Assembly (NCBI GenBank): GCA_038227875.1
Contig: JBBRPR010000002.1
Coordinates: forward strand, 32,001-96,000
Source: Planctomycetota bacterium
Lineage (GTDB): Bacteria > Planctomycetota > SZUA-567 > H5-PLA8
DNA length: 64,000 nucleotides
Direction: 5' to 3'
The notes beneath the pieces are model-generated. The model searched no databases, was not told the DNA's origin, and was given only the letters and a program-made list of their open reading frames with translations. The position numbers and the translations under genes are program-made. Shown here piece by piece: positions 46,410 through 55,497 of this stretch (positions within the stretch are counted from its first letter, which is position 1; each line of letters begins with the position of its first letter).

Positions 46410-46682
46410 TTACTTGCTGGCGCGGGCCAGCTTTTTCTCGATTTCAGAATGAACGTCCGGCGACGCACTGATCGCGTGATGTTCTTCGTCGTGCGTTTCA
46501 CCGTGGAAAATCGTCACGTAGACCATCGTCATGACAATGGCTTCAGCCGAGAGGATCACGGGAATCGACGCGTAGGTCGTAACGCCCGGCACCCATCCGG
46601 TACAGATCCACATCGCGCCAACAAACAGAGCGACGAACAATCCTAGGAATACTTTCAGACGCGGTTCGCACGACATTCTCAA
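46410..46682 (-). CDS. Small two-TM hypothetical protein
   Basis: Two hydrophobic helices and a His/Glu-rich tail; AAGGAG SD. Confidence 0.65.
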   Translation of the reverse strand: MRMSCEPRLKVFLGLFVALFVGAMWICTGWVPGVTTYASIPVILSAEAIVMTMVYVTIFHGETHDEEHHAISASPDVHSEIEKKLARASK

Positions 46683-46918
46683 TCTCCTTAAAAGGGTCTC
46701 CGCCTTTTAAGAAAGCAGTCGATGCGCCATTCGAGAAAAATCATGAAGTCCTTGCAGTCGGTAGTTTTGCGAGAATTCACGTCGGCGAAGTTTTGCGAGA
46801 ATTGAAAACGTAAATGCAGATTTGAAAAAAACGGGGTCCGCGCCTCGGGGGTCTTTTGTGGAACTGTTCGAATGCGCAGAACCCACGTGTTTATCGCGAA
46901 AGGAACAGAAGCTCAGAC

Positions 46919-47413
46919 CTATTTCGCTTGCGCGGCCTTGTGCGCTTCGGCCACGTGATCGGGTTTGATGGTCAGCACCGGACACGGACTGGTGCGAACG
47001 ATCTTTTCCGCGACGGAACCAAACAACAGATGTGAAAAACCCGTCCGGCCGTGCGTTGCCATCACGATGCAATCGGCGTGTTGGGCGGCCGCATATTTCA
47101 ATACTTCAGCGTTCGCGTTACCTTTTATGTATACGGGCAACACGCGAACTCCCGCCGGTGCAGACGCTGAAAGCTTGGCGGCCAGCGCGGTCAGTTGTGC
47201 CTGCTTCTCTTTTTCGGCCTGCTCAAGGAAGGGCGTGGGATCGTAGCCCATGCTGCCATCGACCATGACTCCCGTGTACATCAGGTCTTCAAACACATGG
47301 ACGAGATGTACGGTGCCACCGTATTTTGATGCCAGTTCCAGCGCAAACGGCACCGCGGCCCTGGAATTTTCGGACAGGTCGGTCGTGAGTATTATTGTTT
47401 TAAACTGTGACAT
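46919..47413 (-). CDS. Universal stress protein (UspA family)
   Basis: IILTTDLSENS and VMATHGRTGFSHLLFGSVAEKIVRTSPCPVL. Confidence 0.95.
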   Translation of the reverse strand: MSQFKTIILTTDLSENSRAAVPFALELASKYGGTVHLVHVFEDLMYTGVMVDGSMGYDPTPFLEQAEKEKQAQLTALAAKLSASAPAGVRVLPVYIKGNANAEVLKYAAAQHADCIVMATHGRTGFSHLLFGSVAEKIVRTSPCPVLTIKPDHVAEAHKAAQAK

Positions 47414-47616
47414 GAGGGATCCTCCTTAAGATTTGCTCCATGAGATAGAATAGCAAATGGACGCGCAATCCCTTCAATCTTATAATTCATGAATCGTAAG
47501 GAGGATGGAGAGTGACGTAAGCCCCGGTGTTCCTGAAGATGAGAAAAGAGATTGTCATTTGCGGCAATCGTGCCGGGTGACGATGATCTCGAGAATACCT
47601 CTGGAGTAATATATTC

Positions 47617-48762
47617 ATGTCGTCTACGGACGGTACACCGCTCCCTTCCGATCACTCGCAGGTACAATGGGAAGCCCTCTCGGGCATTATCAACTCTGCG
47701 ATGGATGCGATTATCAGCATCGACGAGCAGCAACGCATCACCATTTTCAATGCTGCGGCGGAGCGGATGTTTTTGTGCACGGCCAAAGACGCCATCGGCT
47801 CGCAACTGGATCGTTTTATTCCGCAGCGCTACCGCGCAGCGCATGGCGGCCATGTCCATGAATTTGCCCACACCGGCGCGACCAGCCGCGAAATGGGCCG
47901 GCTGGGAATCATCGTGGGGCTGCGTTCCGATGGCGTCGAGTTTCCGATCGAAGCGACGATCTCCAAGGTGGAAGTGGGCGGCCGGCACTACCTGAGCGCG
48001 ATCGTGCGCGACATCAGCGAGCGGAAAAGAGCGGAGAAAGAACGGGAGCAGCTGCAGGCGAAGGTGCTGCATCAGGAGAAACTGGCCGCGATCGGCTTGC
48101 TGGCCAGCGGGCTGGCTCACGAGGTCGGCAACCCACTGGCCTCCATTCAGGCCATCTGTGAAAATCTGGCGCGCAAAAGTTCCGAGCCCCAGACGACAGA
48201 AAAATGCCAGCGCATCCGCGAACAGGTCCGGAGGATTACCAGCATCGTCGGGCAACTGGTGAACTTCGCGCGGCCGGGGCCGGCCACCTGGCAGTTGGTG
48301 GATGTCAATGAAACCATCGAATCTTCACTGGGTATTGCCAAACTTTCCCGCACCGCAAAATCGTTGGAAATTACGGCCGATCTCGCTTCGGACTTGCCGC
48401 CCATCATGGCAATCAGCGATCAACTGGCGCAGGTGTTTCTGAATCTCTTTTTGAACGCGATCGACGCCAGCACCGAGGCGGGATGCAAGATCGTGATTGC
48501 GTCGCGAACGCTTTCGGAAGAGAGGATTGGAATTTCGATCTGCGATTCCGGTCATGGCATCGCACCCGATGACATGCCCAAGCTTTTTACTCCCTTCTTC
48601 ACCACCAAGGACGTCGGCAAAGGAACGGGATTGGGGTTGCACGTCTGTGAGGGTATAGTCAAGCGCCACGGCGGCGAGATTCGTGTAACATCGACTCCGG
48701 GTGACGGGACGACATTCCAGATTGAACTGCCGATCCGCAAGCAACCGCCCGTAAACTCCTGA
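47617..48762 (+). CDS. Cytoplasmic PAS sensor histidine kinase (NtrB-like)
   Basis: PAS FNAAAERMF; H-box AHEVGNPL; N-box QVFLNLFLNA; DSGHGI; PFFTTK..GTGLGL. Confidence 0.93.
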   Translation: MSSTDGTPLPSDHSQVQWEALSGIINSAMDAIISIDEQQRITIFNAAAERMFLCTAKDAIGSQLDRFIPQRYRAAHGGHVHEFAHTGATSREMGRLGIIVGLRSDGVEFPIEATISKVEVGGRHYLSAIVRDISERKRAEKEREQLQAKVLHQEKLAAIGLLASGLAHEVGNPLASIQAICENLARKSSEPQTTEKCQRIREQVRRITSIVGQLVNFARPGPATWQLVDVNETIESSLGIAKLSRTAKSLEITADLASDLPPIMAISDQLAQVFLNLFLNAIDASTEAGCKIVIASRTLSEERIGISICDSGHGIAPDDMPKLFTPFFTTKDVGKGTGLGLHVCEGIVKRHGGEIRVTSTPGDGTTFQIELPIRKQPPVNS

Positions 48763-48775
48763 AGGGAGCATCGAA

Positions 48776-50149
48776 TTGAGTGCTGTGCTGTTGGTCGAAG
48801 ACGAAGAAGATCTGCGCAAGGAATTGGCCGAAGCGCTGACGGATCTCGGCTATAAAGTCATTACTGCCGGCGATGGCATCTCGGCGCTGGATGAACTGCG
48901 CAAGCAGGACGTCCAGATTGTGCTCACCGACATCCGCATGCCCAAGATGGATGGGCTGGAATTGCTCCGCCGGGGCCGCGAAATCGCGCCGGACGCGTTC
49001 TTCATCGTGATGACTGCGTTTGGCTCGATGGACACCGCCATCGACGCGCTGCGCTCCGGGGCGACCGATTACCTGCTCAAACCCGTCACCATCGAAGACC
49101 TCGCATCGAAGGTCAACCGACTCGTCGAGACCGCCGCGCTACAGATCACCAATAAGATGCTCAGGCGCGATCTGGACCGGAAGCTCGGGTCGCTGGAAAT
49201 GATCGGCCAGAGCCCGGCGCTGGAAAAAGTCCGCCAGTTGATCCGCAAAGTCGCGCCGACGCGTTCGCCGGTGCTGATCACCGGCGAGTCGGGCACCGGC
49301 AAGGAACTGATTGCGCGCGCCATTCACGCACTGGCCGCGCCCAAGGGCGAACCGTTTGTCCCGGTGAATTGCGCCGCGATTCCGGAGCAGTTGCTGGAAT
49401 CGGAATTGTTCGGGCATCAGAAGGGCTCCTTCACCGGCGCCGTCGGCGATACGGACGGCATGTTCCGCTCTGCGCGCAAGGGCACGCTGTTTCTCGACGA
49501 AATCGGCGAAATGCCACTCTCGCTCCAGACCAAGCTGCTCCGCGTGCTCGAAGACAAGATGATCCATCCGGTGGGGTCGACGAAATTCATTCCGTTTGAG
49601 GCCCGCGTGGTGGCCGCGACGAATAAGAATCTCAAAGCCGAGATCGAGAAGAAGACCTTCCGTGAGGATCTCTATTACCGGCTGGCGGTGATGGAATTGT
49701 ACTCCCCGGCGTTGCGCGACCGGCAGGAGGATATTCCGCTGCTGGTCAATCATCTCCTGCGAAAATTCAACCGGGAGCTCCATCGCAACTACACCGGCGT
49801 CAACGACGCGGGCATGGATCTGCTGCAGCGGTCGGTCTGGAAGGGCAACATCCGCGAACTGCAGAACACGATCGAACGGGCCATGATTGTGGGCGACGAG
49901 CCGTTGCTGCGCGAGACGGATTTCACCGCGACCGGAGGTGAAGGCACTGCGGCGATGTTGACTCAGGCCACCGACTTGAAAGAAGCGATCACGCATTTTG
50001 AGCGCGCCCATGTCCAGCGCGTGTTGAACAATTGTGCGGGAGACAAGCGGAAGGCCGCGGAACTCCTGGGCATTTCGCTTTCGTCGCTGTACCGCCATCT
50101 CGGTGAAAAGGGCGATGCTCCCGCTGAAAAACCGGCGGCGGGAGTCTGA
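48776..50149 (+). CDS. Sigma-54-dependent response regulator (NtrC family)
   Basis: Receiver domain, GESGTGKE, ESELFGH, GSFTGA, FREDLYYRL and a Fis-type HTH. Confidence 0.95.
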   Translation: MSAVLLVEDEEDLRKELAEALTDLGYKVITAGDGISALDELRKQDVQIVLTDIRMPKMDGLELLRRGREIAPDAFFIVMTAFGSMDTAIDALRSGATDYLLKPVTIEDLASKVNRLVETAALQITNKMLRRDLDRKLGSLEMIGQSPALEKVRQLIRKVAPTRSPVLITGESGTGKELIARAIHALAAPKGEPFVPVNCAAIPEQLLESELFGHQKGSFTGAVGDTDGMFRSARKGTLFLDEIGEMPLSLQTKLLRVLEDKMIHPVGSTKFIPFEARVVAATNKNLKAEIEKKTFREDLYYRLAVMELYSPALRDRQEDIPLLVNHLLRKFNRELHRNYTGVNDAGMDLLQRSVWKGNIRELQNTIERAMIVGDEPLLRETDFTATGGEGTAAMLTQATDLKEAITHFERAHVQRVLNNCAGDKRKAAELLGISLSSLYRHLGEKGDAPAEKPAAGV

Positions 50150-50155
50150 CACTAG

Positions 50156-50357
50156 ACCTCCGGGCCAGCTGGCCCGAAGGGACACACCAGTACTACAGGC
50201 AAATTTGCCTGAGGGTCCGCTTCTATTCCGATGGGAAATTTTCCATTGGTTAAGGCACCCATTCCCCATGGTCACGTGGCGCCTTATTTTTTTAACCTGG
50301 GGACGGATTCGTCCCCAGGTGTCTAATTCTGACCATCCGGTAAATTTACCGGAAGGT
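50156..50357. repeat. Array of five 26-bp ACC-N20-GGT-type palindromes at a period of about 35 bp
   Basis: Units start at 50156, 50191, 50226, 50295 and 50332; each has 8-9 of 10 interior positions self-complementary. Confidence 0.75.
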
Positions 50358-50573
50358 ATGTCCGTTCTCGATTCTGCGAATTGCGAATTCGACGCGACCA
50401 GCGAAAGTCTTCTCAAAACTGAAGCGTACTTTCTCAAACGTGCGTGAATGCTCGTCCGAATAAACATTTTTTTTCCTCATAACTTAAATAATCAAAATGG
50501 TTTGCGAATTTCGACCGCGGCGCGCTGGCATGGCATGGCTCGTGTTTACCGTTGTATATAAAGGAGTCGACTC

Positions 50574-51050
50574 ATGCTGCGCGATCCGTTGGCCCATACA
50601 CCTCACCCGCATGTACTTTTGGCGGAAGACGATCCCGATCAGTCTGAAATGCTGAAAGATGTGCTGGAAAGCGAAGGTTATGAAGTCGACACCGCTTTCA
50701 GCGGCGATGCGGCGTGGCATAAGCTCAATTCTCGCGTCTACAACCTGGTCCTTCTCGACGTGCGCATGCCCGGGCTCAACGGTTCGGAAGTTCTCCGTCT
50801 CTACCGCAAGGCCGAAAAAGGAACTCATACGCCGGTCGTGATTGTTTCCGCCTTCGCCACGGAAGCGCAGGCGCGAGAGTACAGTCGGGATGGTGCAGAC
50901 CGCATTTATTCGAAACCGTATGAAATCGAGGAACTGCTCAAAGGCATTCGCGAATTGATCGCCAGAAGCTATACCGCGCCGGCCAAGGGCAATGGCGACG
51001 GCAATGTAGCTCCGCCGGCCTCGAATGGAGCAACGCCATGGAAACAGTGA
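50574..51050 (+). CDS. Single-domain response regulator
   Basis: VLLAEDD, LLDVRMPGLNG, VSA and KP; AAGGAG SD. Confidence 0.92.
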   Translation: MLRDPLAHTPHPHVLLAEDDPDQSEMLKDVLESEGYEVDTAFSGDAAWHKLNSRVYNLVLLDVRMPGLNGSEVLRLYRKAEKGTHTPVVIVSAFATEAQAREYSRDGADRIYSKPYEIEELLKGIRELIARSYTAPAKGNGDGNVAPPASNGATPWKQ

Positions 51051-52213
51051 CGACGCCCTGTCCCTCGCGCGAACCTGAATTTCATCGCAACGCGGTGATG
51101 GAATTCCTGGCCGCATTGCGCAATCCATTGACGTACTCCCCGTTGCTGAACACGGAAGTGATTTTTGGCTTCCTCTGGGGCTTGCCGATCCCGTTTTTCG
51201 TATTGCTGATTCACGCCTATGCGGCGGGCCTGCCGTGGACCTTCGCGGCGTTGTGGGACGTGGATGTGACCAACCCGCTCTACATTTTCTTCTTCCTTCA
51301 CCCGCTCCTCTTCGCCGCGGTCTTTGGCGCACTGGGTACGATGCGCGCGCACCGCGAACTGCGGATCCAGGGCCTGTTACAGCAAGTCAAGTTGCACTGC
51401 GAGGAACTGGAACGGGCCAACCACCGGCTGGAAGAACTGGATCGCCTGAAATCTGAATTTCTCGCCAATGTCACGCATGAATTGAAATCCCCGCTGGTTA
51501 CTTCACTGGGCTACACCGACCGCATGCTGATGGGGCATCTGGGCGACGTGAACGAGAAGCAGAAGAGGGGCTTGGAGGTCAGCAAGCGCAACCTCACCCG
51601 GCTGCGCACACTGATCGACGAGATCCTCGATTTCTCCAAGCTCGAATCCGGCATGGCGAATTTCCACATGGAGCCAACCACGCTCAACGCGGCGATTCAA
51701 GCGGCCGTGGAAAGCGCCTCGCTGAAGGCGCGCGATCGGCGGATCAACATCGACGTCGAAAGCCCTGCCGCGCCTGCCGCGGTACGGGGCGACGCGTCCA
51801 AACTGCTGCAACTGGTCGTCAATCTGCTCGACAACGCGATTAAATTTTCGCCCGAAGACAGCCGCATCCTGATCAAAGTTGAACCTATCGACGGCATGTG
51901 GCGTTTGAGTGTCATCGACAACGGCTGTGGAATTCCCGCTGAGAAAATGCCGCAACTCTTCCAGCGCTTCTTCCAGGTCGATGGTTCGCTGGGCCGCGTG
52001 CACGAAGGCTTCGGACTTGGACTCGTGATCGTGCGGAAAATCGTCGAAGGCCATGGCGGTAAAGTCTGGGTGGAAAGCCGCACCGGGTCGAACTCCGGAA
52101 CCAGCATCATCCTAGAATTACCAAAAGTGGATGCCTCTCTGCCGGGCTGTGCCAGCCCGGTCCTGCAGGATACGGAAAAGGAGGTGGCAAATGCCGCGAA
52201 TACTAATCACTGA
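51038..52213 (+). CDS. Membrane sensor histidine kinase
   Basis: Two TMs; FLANVTHELKSPL; NLLDNAIKF; DNGCGI; GFGLGL. Confidence 0.93.
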   Translation: METVTTPCPSREPEFHRNAVMEFLAALRNPLTYSPLLNTEVIFGFLWGLPIPFFVLLIHAYAAGLPWTFAALWDVDVTNPLYIFFFLHPLLFAAVFGALGTMRAHRELRIQGLLQQVKLHCEELERANHRLEELDRLKSEFLANVTHELKSPLVTSLGYTDRMLMGHLGDVNEKQKRGLEVSKRNLTRLRTLIDEILDFSKLESGMANFHMEPTTLNAAIQAAVESASLKARDRRINIDVESPAAPAAVRGDASKLLQLVVNLLDNAIKFSPEDSRILIKVEPIDGMWRLSVIDNGCGIPAEKMPQLFQRFFQVDGSLGRVHEGFGLGLVIVRKIVEGHGGKVWVESRTGSNSGTSIILELPKVDASLPGCASPVLQDTEKEVANAANTNH

Positions 52214-52661
52214 GGACCAGGAAGATCAGCGCGATCTCTACCACGACGTCTTATCGGATGCGGGTTACGAAGTGTGGGACGCGTGGAATGCCACGGAAGC
52301 GATGGAGCTGTTCCAACGCTATCATCCCGACATCGTGGTGCTTGATATCCAGATGCCCGGGATGGACGGGATCGAAGCGCTCGGGAAAATTGTGGCAAAG
52401 GACCGCCGCATTCCGGTGATTTTCTACAGCGCCTATCCCAACTACAAATCGAACTTCCTGACCTGGGCCGCGGATACCTTTGTGGTCAAGACCGGCAATC
52501 CGCTGGAACTGGTCTTCGCCGTGCGCGCTGTCTCTGAGGAGCACGGCATTGAAGTTCCGGCGCAGTGCAAGGAGTTGCTCAAGAACTACGAACCGCCGCT
52601 GGAAAAGCCCGTTGCGCCCAAGACCGATACCAGTGGCATGCCGTGGGGCAATCCGGAATAG
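52191..52661 (+). CDS. Single-domain response regulator
   Basis: ILITED, VVLDIQMPGMDG, YSAY and VVK; AGGAGG SD. Confidence 0.92.
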   Translation: MPRILITEDQEDQRDLYHDVLSDAGYEVWDAWNATEAMELFQRYHPDIVVLDIQMPGMDGIEALGKIVAKDRRIPVIFYSAYPNYKSNFLTWAADTFVVKTGNPLELVFAVRAVSEEHGIEVPAQCKELLKNYEPPLEKPVAPKTDTSGMPWGNPE

Positions 52662-52725
52662 GATACCACTCCGGAGCAGGACATCAGCGTCGTGGAAGCG
52701 GCACGGTGGCCAACTGGCCACCGTG

Positions 52726-54120
52726 TTATTCTATTCCCGCCAGGCGCCGCGCGGCCGCCAGCAGCATCCGGCTTTCCTGCCGGTTGCCGGGTCCATGCGG
52801 CAGCAGCGAAACCAGATCAAGCAGCAACCCGATATCATCAAGCGTTCCCAGCCGCCCGACCATGGCGATGGCGGTGTAACGGACGGCCGTGCTGCCGTCG
52901 GCCAATTCCAGCCTGAAATGGTGGAGCGCTTTTTCGCGCAGCGCCGGATCGTTGAGTATCTCGGCAATCTGTTCGTGCAATTGCTCGCGGCAATCGGCCT
53001 CCGCGCCGGAAATCCAATCGCGCTCCGAACCACCGGCCCCGCGGGAGCCCACGCCATGTTGTCGCAGCAGGCGCAGTGCCTTCGAGATGTAGACGATGTT
53101 CACGTAGAATGTTTTCACGACATCGTCTGAAACAAACAGCCGGTGGTCGAGGCGCGCGGCGTAGTCGTCCAGCGCCTGGCCGTTGTGTTCGATTATGTTC
53201 TGCCCGTACATATCGATCGTCCTGCCTGCATCGCCGCTGCACAAGTCGCTCCAAAGAGTGTCCAGCAGTGGCAGCGGTTCTCCCGGCGTTTTCCGGACGG
53301 TAGGCACCGGATGCAGCACGCGGTGCGCGCTGGCGGCGACGTCCCGTTCGTGGCCATCCGCGTGGGCCCCGACGCTGTGATGAATCAGGATCGCGCGGCG
53401 GTCCACGAACAGGCGTGCGTTTCCGCCGGCATCCACGCTCAGCCGTTCTCCGGATGAAGAGGCGGACGCAGCGCGCGCTTCAGTGTTGTGTTCTTCGAGT
53501 TCCTCGACCATGTAGTCGACCGTGTCGCGCGGGTCGGAATGGGAGAGCACCTGCCACATGCTGCGGACGTAACCGCCGGCCAGCCGTGGAATTTCGCCGG
53601 GAACTTTTCCGATTTCGGTGAAGAGCAATTCCGGCGCGCGATCGACGGCCTGCTTCACGGCTTGTCGCAGCACCAGTCCGAGGTCGGCGCGGAGCACCGT
53701 CATCAGCGCGCCGCGCGGGCGCGGAGCAGGTCGTGTCAGCGGCGCGACCGGTTCTGGCAACGCTGCCAGATTCTGTTGCGTGCGCTGTGCGTTGATGTCG
53801 AACTGCGGATTAATTCGAGCGATGTCCTGGATCACCGGTTCGAGCCGCTGCTGTGCCTGCCAATCCAGTTTTTCGCGCAGGAAGGTCAGCGGGCGGGTGA
53901 GATTCATCAGGAAGCGCTTCTTCGGAACGGCCGAGGGTTCTGTCGCCGGAAAGCGCGCCTGCTTTGCCGCCACCGCACTGCTCTTATGCTTCTTCAATAG
54001 CGCCTGGAGCAATTCGCACTGCTCCTTGCGAACGATTGGATCGAGTGCCGGCGCTGACGCGTCCAGCAACATCCGCCGGATCTCCCAGCTTTTATAAAGG
54101 GACTGTGCCTTCATAACCAT
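52726..54120 (-). CDS. Hypothetical protein with HEAT-like C-terminus (paralog of 54216-55250)
   Basis: 464-aa ORF sharing SWE.RR.LL, VDRRAI and GTL.D.GLLLDL blocks with its neighbour. Confidence 0.7.
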   Translation of the reverse strand: MVMKAQSLYKSWEIRRMLLDASAPALDPIVRKEQCELLQALLKKHKSSAVAAKQARFPATEPSAVPKKRFLMNLTRPLTFLREKLDWQAQQRLEPVIQDIARINPQFDINAQRTQQNLAALPEPVAPLTRPAPRPRGALMTVLRADLGLVLRQAVKQAVDRAPELLFTEIGKVPGEIPRLAGGYVRSMWQVLSHSDPRDTVDYMVEELEEHNTEARAASASSSGERLSVDAGGNARLFVDRRAILIHHSVGAHADGHERDVAASAHRVLHPVPTVRKTPGEPLPLLDTLWSDLCSGDAGRTIDMYGQNIIEHNGQALDDYAARLDHRLFVSDDVVKTFYVNIVYISKALRLLRQHGVGSRGAGGSERDWISGAEADCREQLHEQIAEILNDPALREKALHHFRLELADGSTAVRYTAIAMVGRLGTLDDIGLLLDLVSLLPHGPGNRQESRMLLAAARRLAGIE

Positions 54121-54215
54121 TCATACACCTCTGAGTGCTAACACAACCACTCAACAGACGGGTACGCCACACTCTCTTTCAAAATAAAATGCACGAGTGT
54201 TGGTGAAGAACGGAG

Positions 54216-55250
54216 TCAAGCCGCGGCGAGTTTCTGTGCAGCATTGAGTAGCACGTTGCGCTCGGAAGGATCTTCGTCGGCCTGGCGGGGGAGAGCGGCG
54301 AGGTCCAGCAGCAGACCCACATCGTGAAGCGTGCCGATTTCGCTGAGCAGCTTTGTCGCTTCGAGCCGCACGGAGGCGTGGCTGTCGGCGAGGTATGGAC
54401 GCAGATGCGACAACGCGCTTTTGCGCATCAATTCGCTCAGGCTGATCAGGCGCAGCACATCTGAAACGGGATCCGGTCCCGCCAGCGCGGCGAGCCGATC
54501 GCGCCACGCCATCAACGCGTAAACGGGAACACTGGCGTTGATGCATTGATTGAGCAATTCAGCCGGCAGCGTCTCGCGCATTAGCGGATTGCTGCACTGT
54601 TCAAAGAGGTACGTCACCGCGCGTTCCGGCAGCGCTTTGCCCAACTGCAACGCGGTGCGAATGCGGCTGAAGGTAACCGAGGGCGGATCGCCGGCCTTGA
54701 TCGCCGAGTGAATGCGTCCCCACGCCAGCCGCTGCCGGTAGGTGATGCCCACAAACTGCTGCTGTGGTGTCTGGTTCTGCAGCAGCGCGCGCGGGGTGCT
54801 CTTGTCCGGAGTCCAACCGATGCCACCCCGCTCGGAGGCTTCCGCGTCATGAATCGTGCGGGGCAGGGCTTCGCCGGTGTCGGGCATCGCGGAGAAGAGC
54901 GGATCATTGAAGATGCCATCGCCCGGTGCCGCTGCGCTGGCCTGCGGATCGAGATTGGAGATGCGCTTGAGGATCCGGTTGGCTCGGCTGCTGGCTTCCG
55001 CTTCGTTTTTCACGCCCGAGACAATGCCGCGGCCGAGGTGCTCGTGGACGACAATCGCGCGCCGGTCGACGCGCATTTCCATGCGTGCGGGAAAGGTGGC
55101 CGGCGCATTTGCAGCCGGATCGCCGCGGTAACGCTTCAGGAGAAAATCGAGAATCTGCTTCTGGCTCTGCGCCACCGCCGCGTCAATTGGCCGGGAGTTG
55201 CTCTCCAGCAGTTGCCGCCGTAGTTCCCAGCTCTCGAGGAGGGTTTGCAT
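54216..55250 (-). CDS. Hypothetical protein with HEAT-like C-terminus
   Basis: LADSHASVRLEATKLLSEIG HEAT-like motif; paralogous to its neighbour. Confidence 0.7.
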   Translation of the reverse strand: MQTLLESWELRRQLLESNSRPIDAAVAQSQKQILDFLLKRYRGDPAANAPATFPARMEMRVDRRAIVVHEHLGRGIVSGVKNEAEASSRANRILKRISNLDPQASAAAPGDGIFNDPLFSAMPDTGEALPRTIHDAEASERGGIGWTPDKSTPRALLQNQTPQQQFVGITYRQRLAWGRIHSAIKAGDPPSVTFSRIRTALQLGKALPERAVTYLFEQCSNPLMRETLPAELLNQCINASVPVYALMAWRDRLAALAGPDPVSDVLRLISLSELMRKSALSHLRPYLADSHASVRLEATKLLSEIGTLHDVGLLLDLAALPRQADEDPSERNVLLNAAQKLAAA

Positions 55251-55302
55251 GGGTTGACTCGGTTACGCCTTTACTAAACCGCATTCACTTCGTTGGGGAT
55301 GT

Positions 55303-55442
55303 AACAGATGGGATCGGGGATCGGGCATCGGTCGTTCGGAATATCACTCGTACGAATTATCGCCAATGCAGCGGGTGACACTCAATTTTCCGCGCTCACC
55401 CACTGACCGATGCCTGATGCCTAATCCCCGATCCCATCTGTT
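55303..55442. repeat. Inverted repeat built of GGGATCG/GGCATCG heptamers
   Basis: AACAGATGGGATCGGGGAT (55303-55321) is perfectly complementary to 55424-55442; the right arm has one extra unit. Confidence 0.88.
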
Positions 55443-55497
55443 CGAACACTTTTTACCACCGCGCCGGAGCACACATCCAATCCCGCGCTTCTCGCGC

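Noticed and set aside
50156..50357. CRISPR or TIGR-type guide array (period of about 36 nt)
   Set aside because: No identical direct repeats or box C/D-like motifs, the variable parts are self-complementary, and no cas or Nop-domain gene is in the window.
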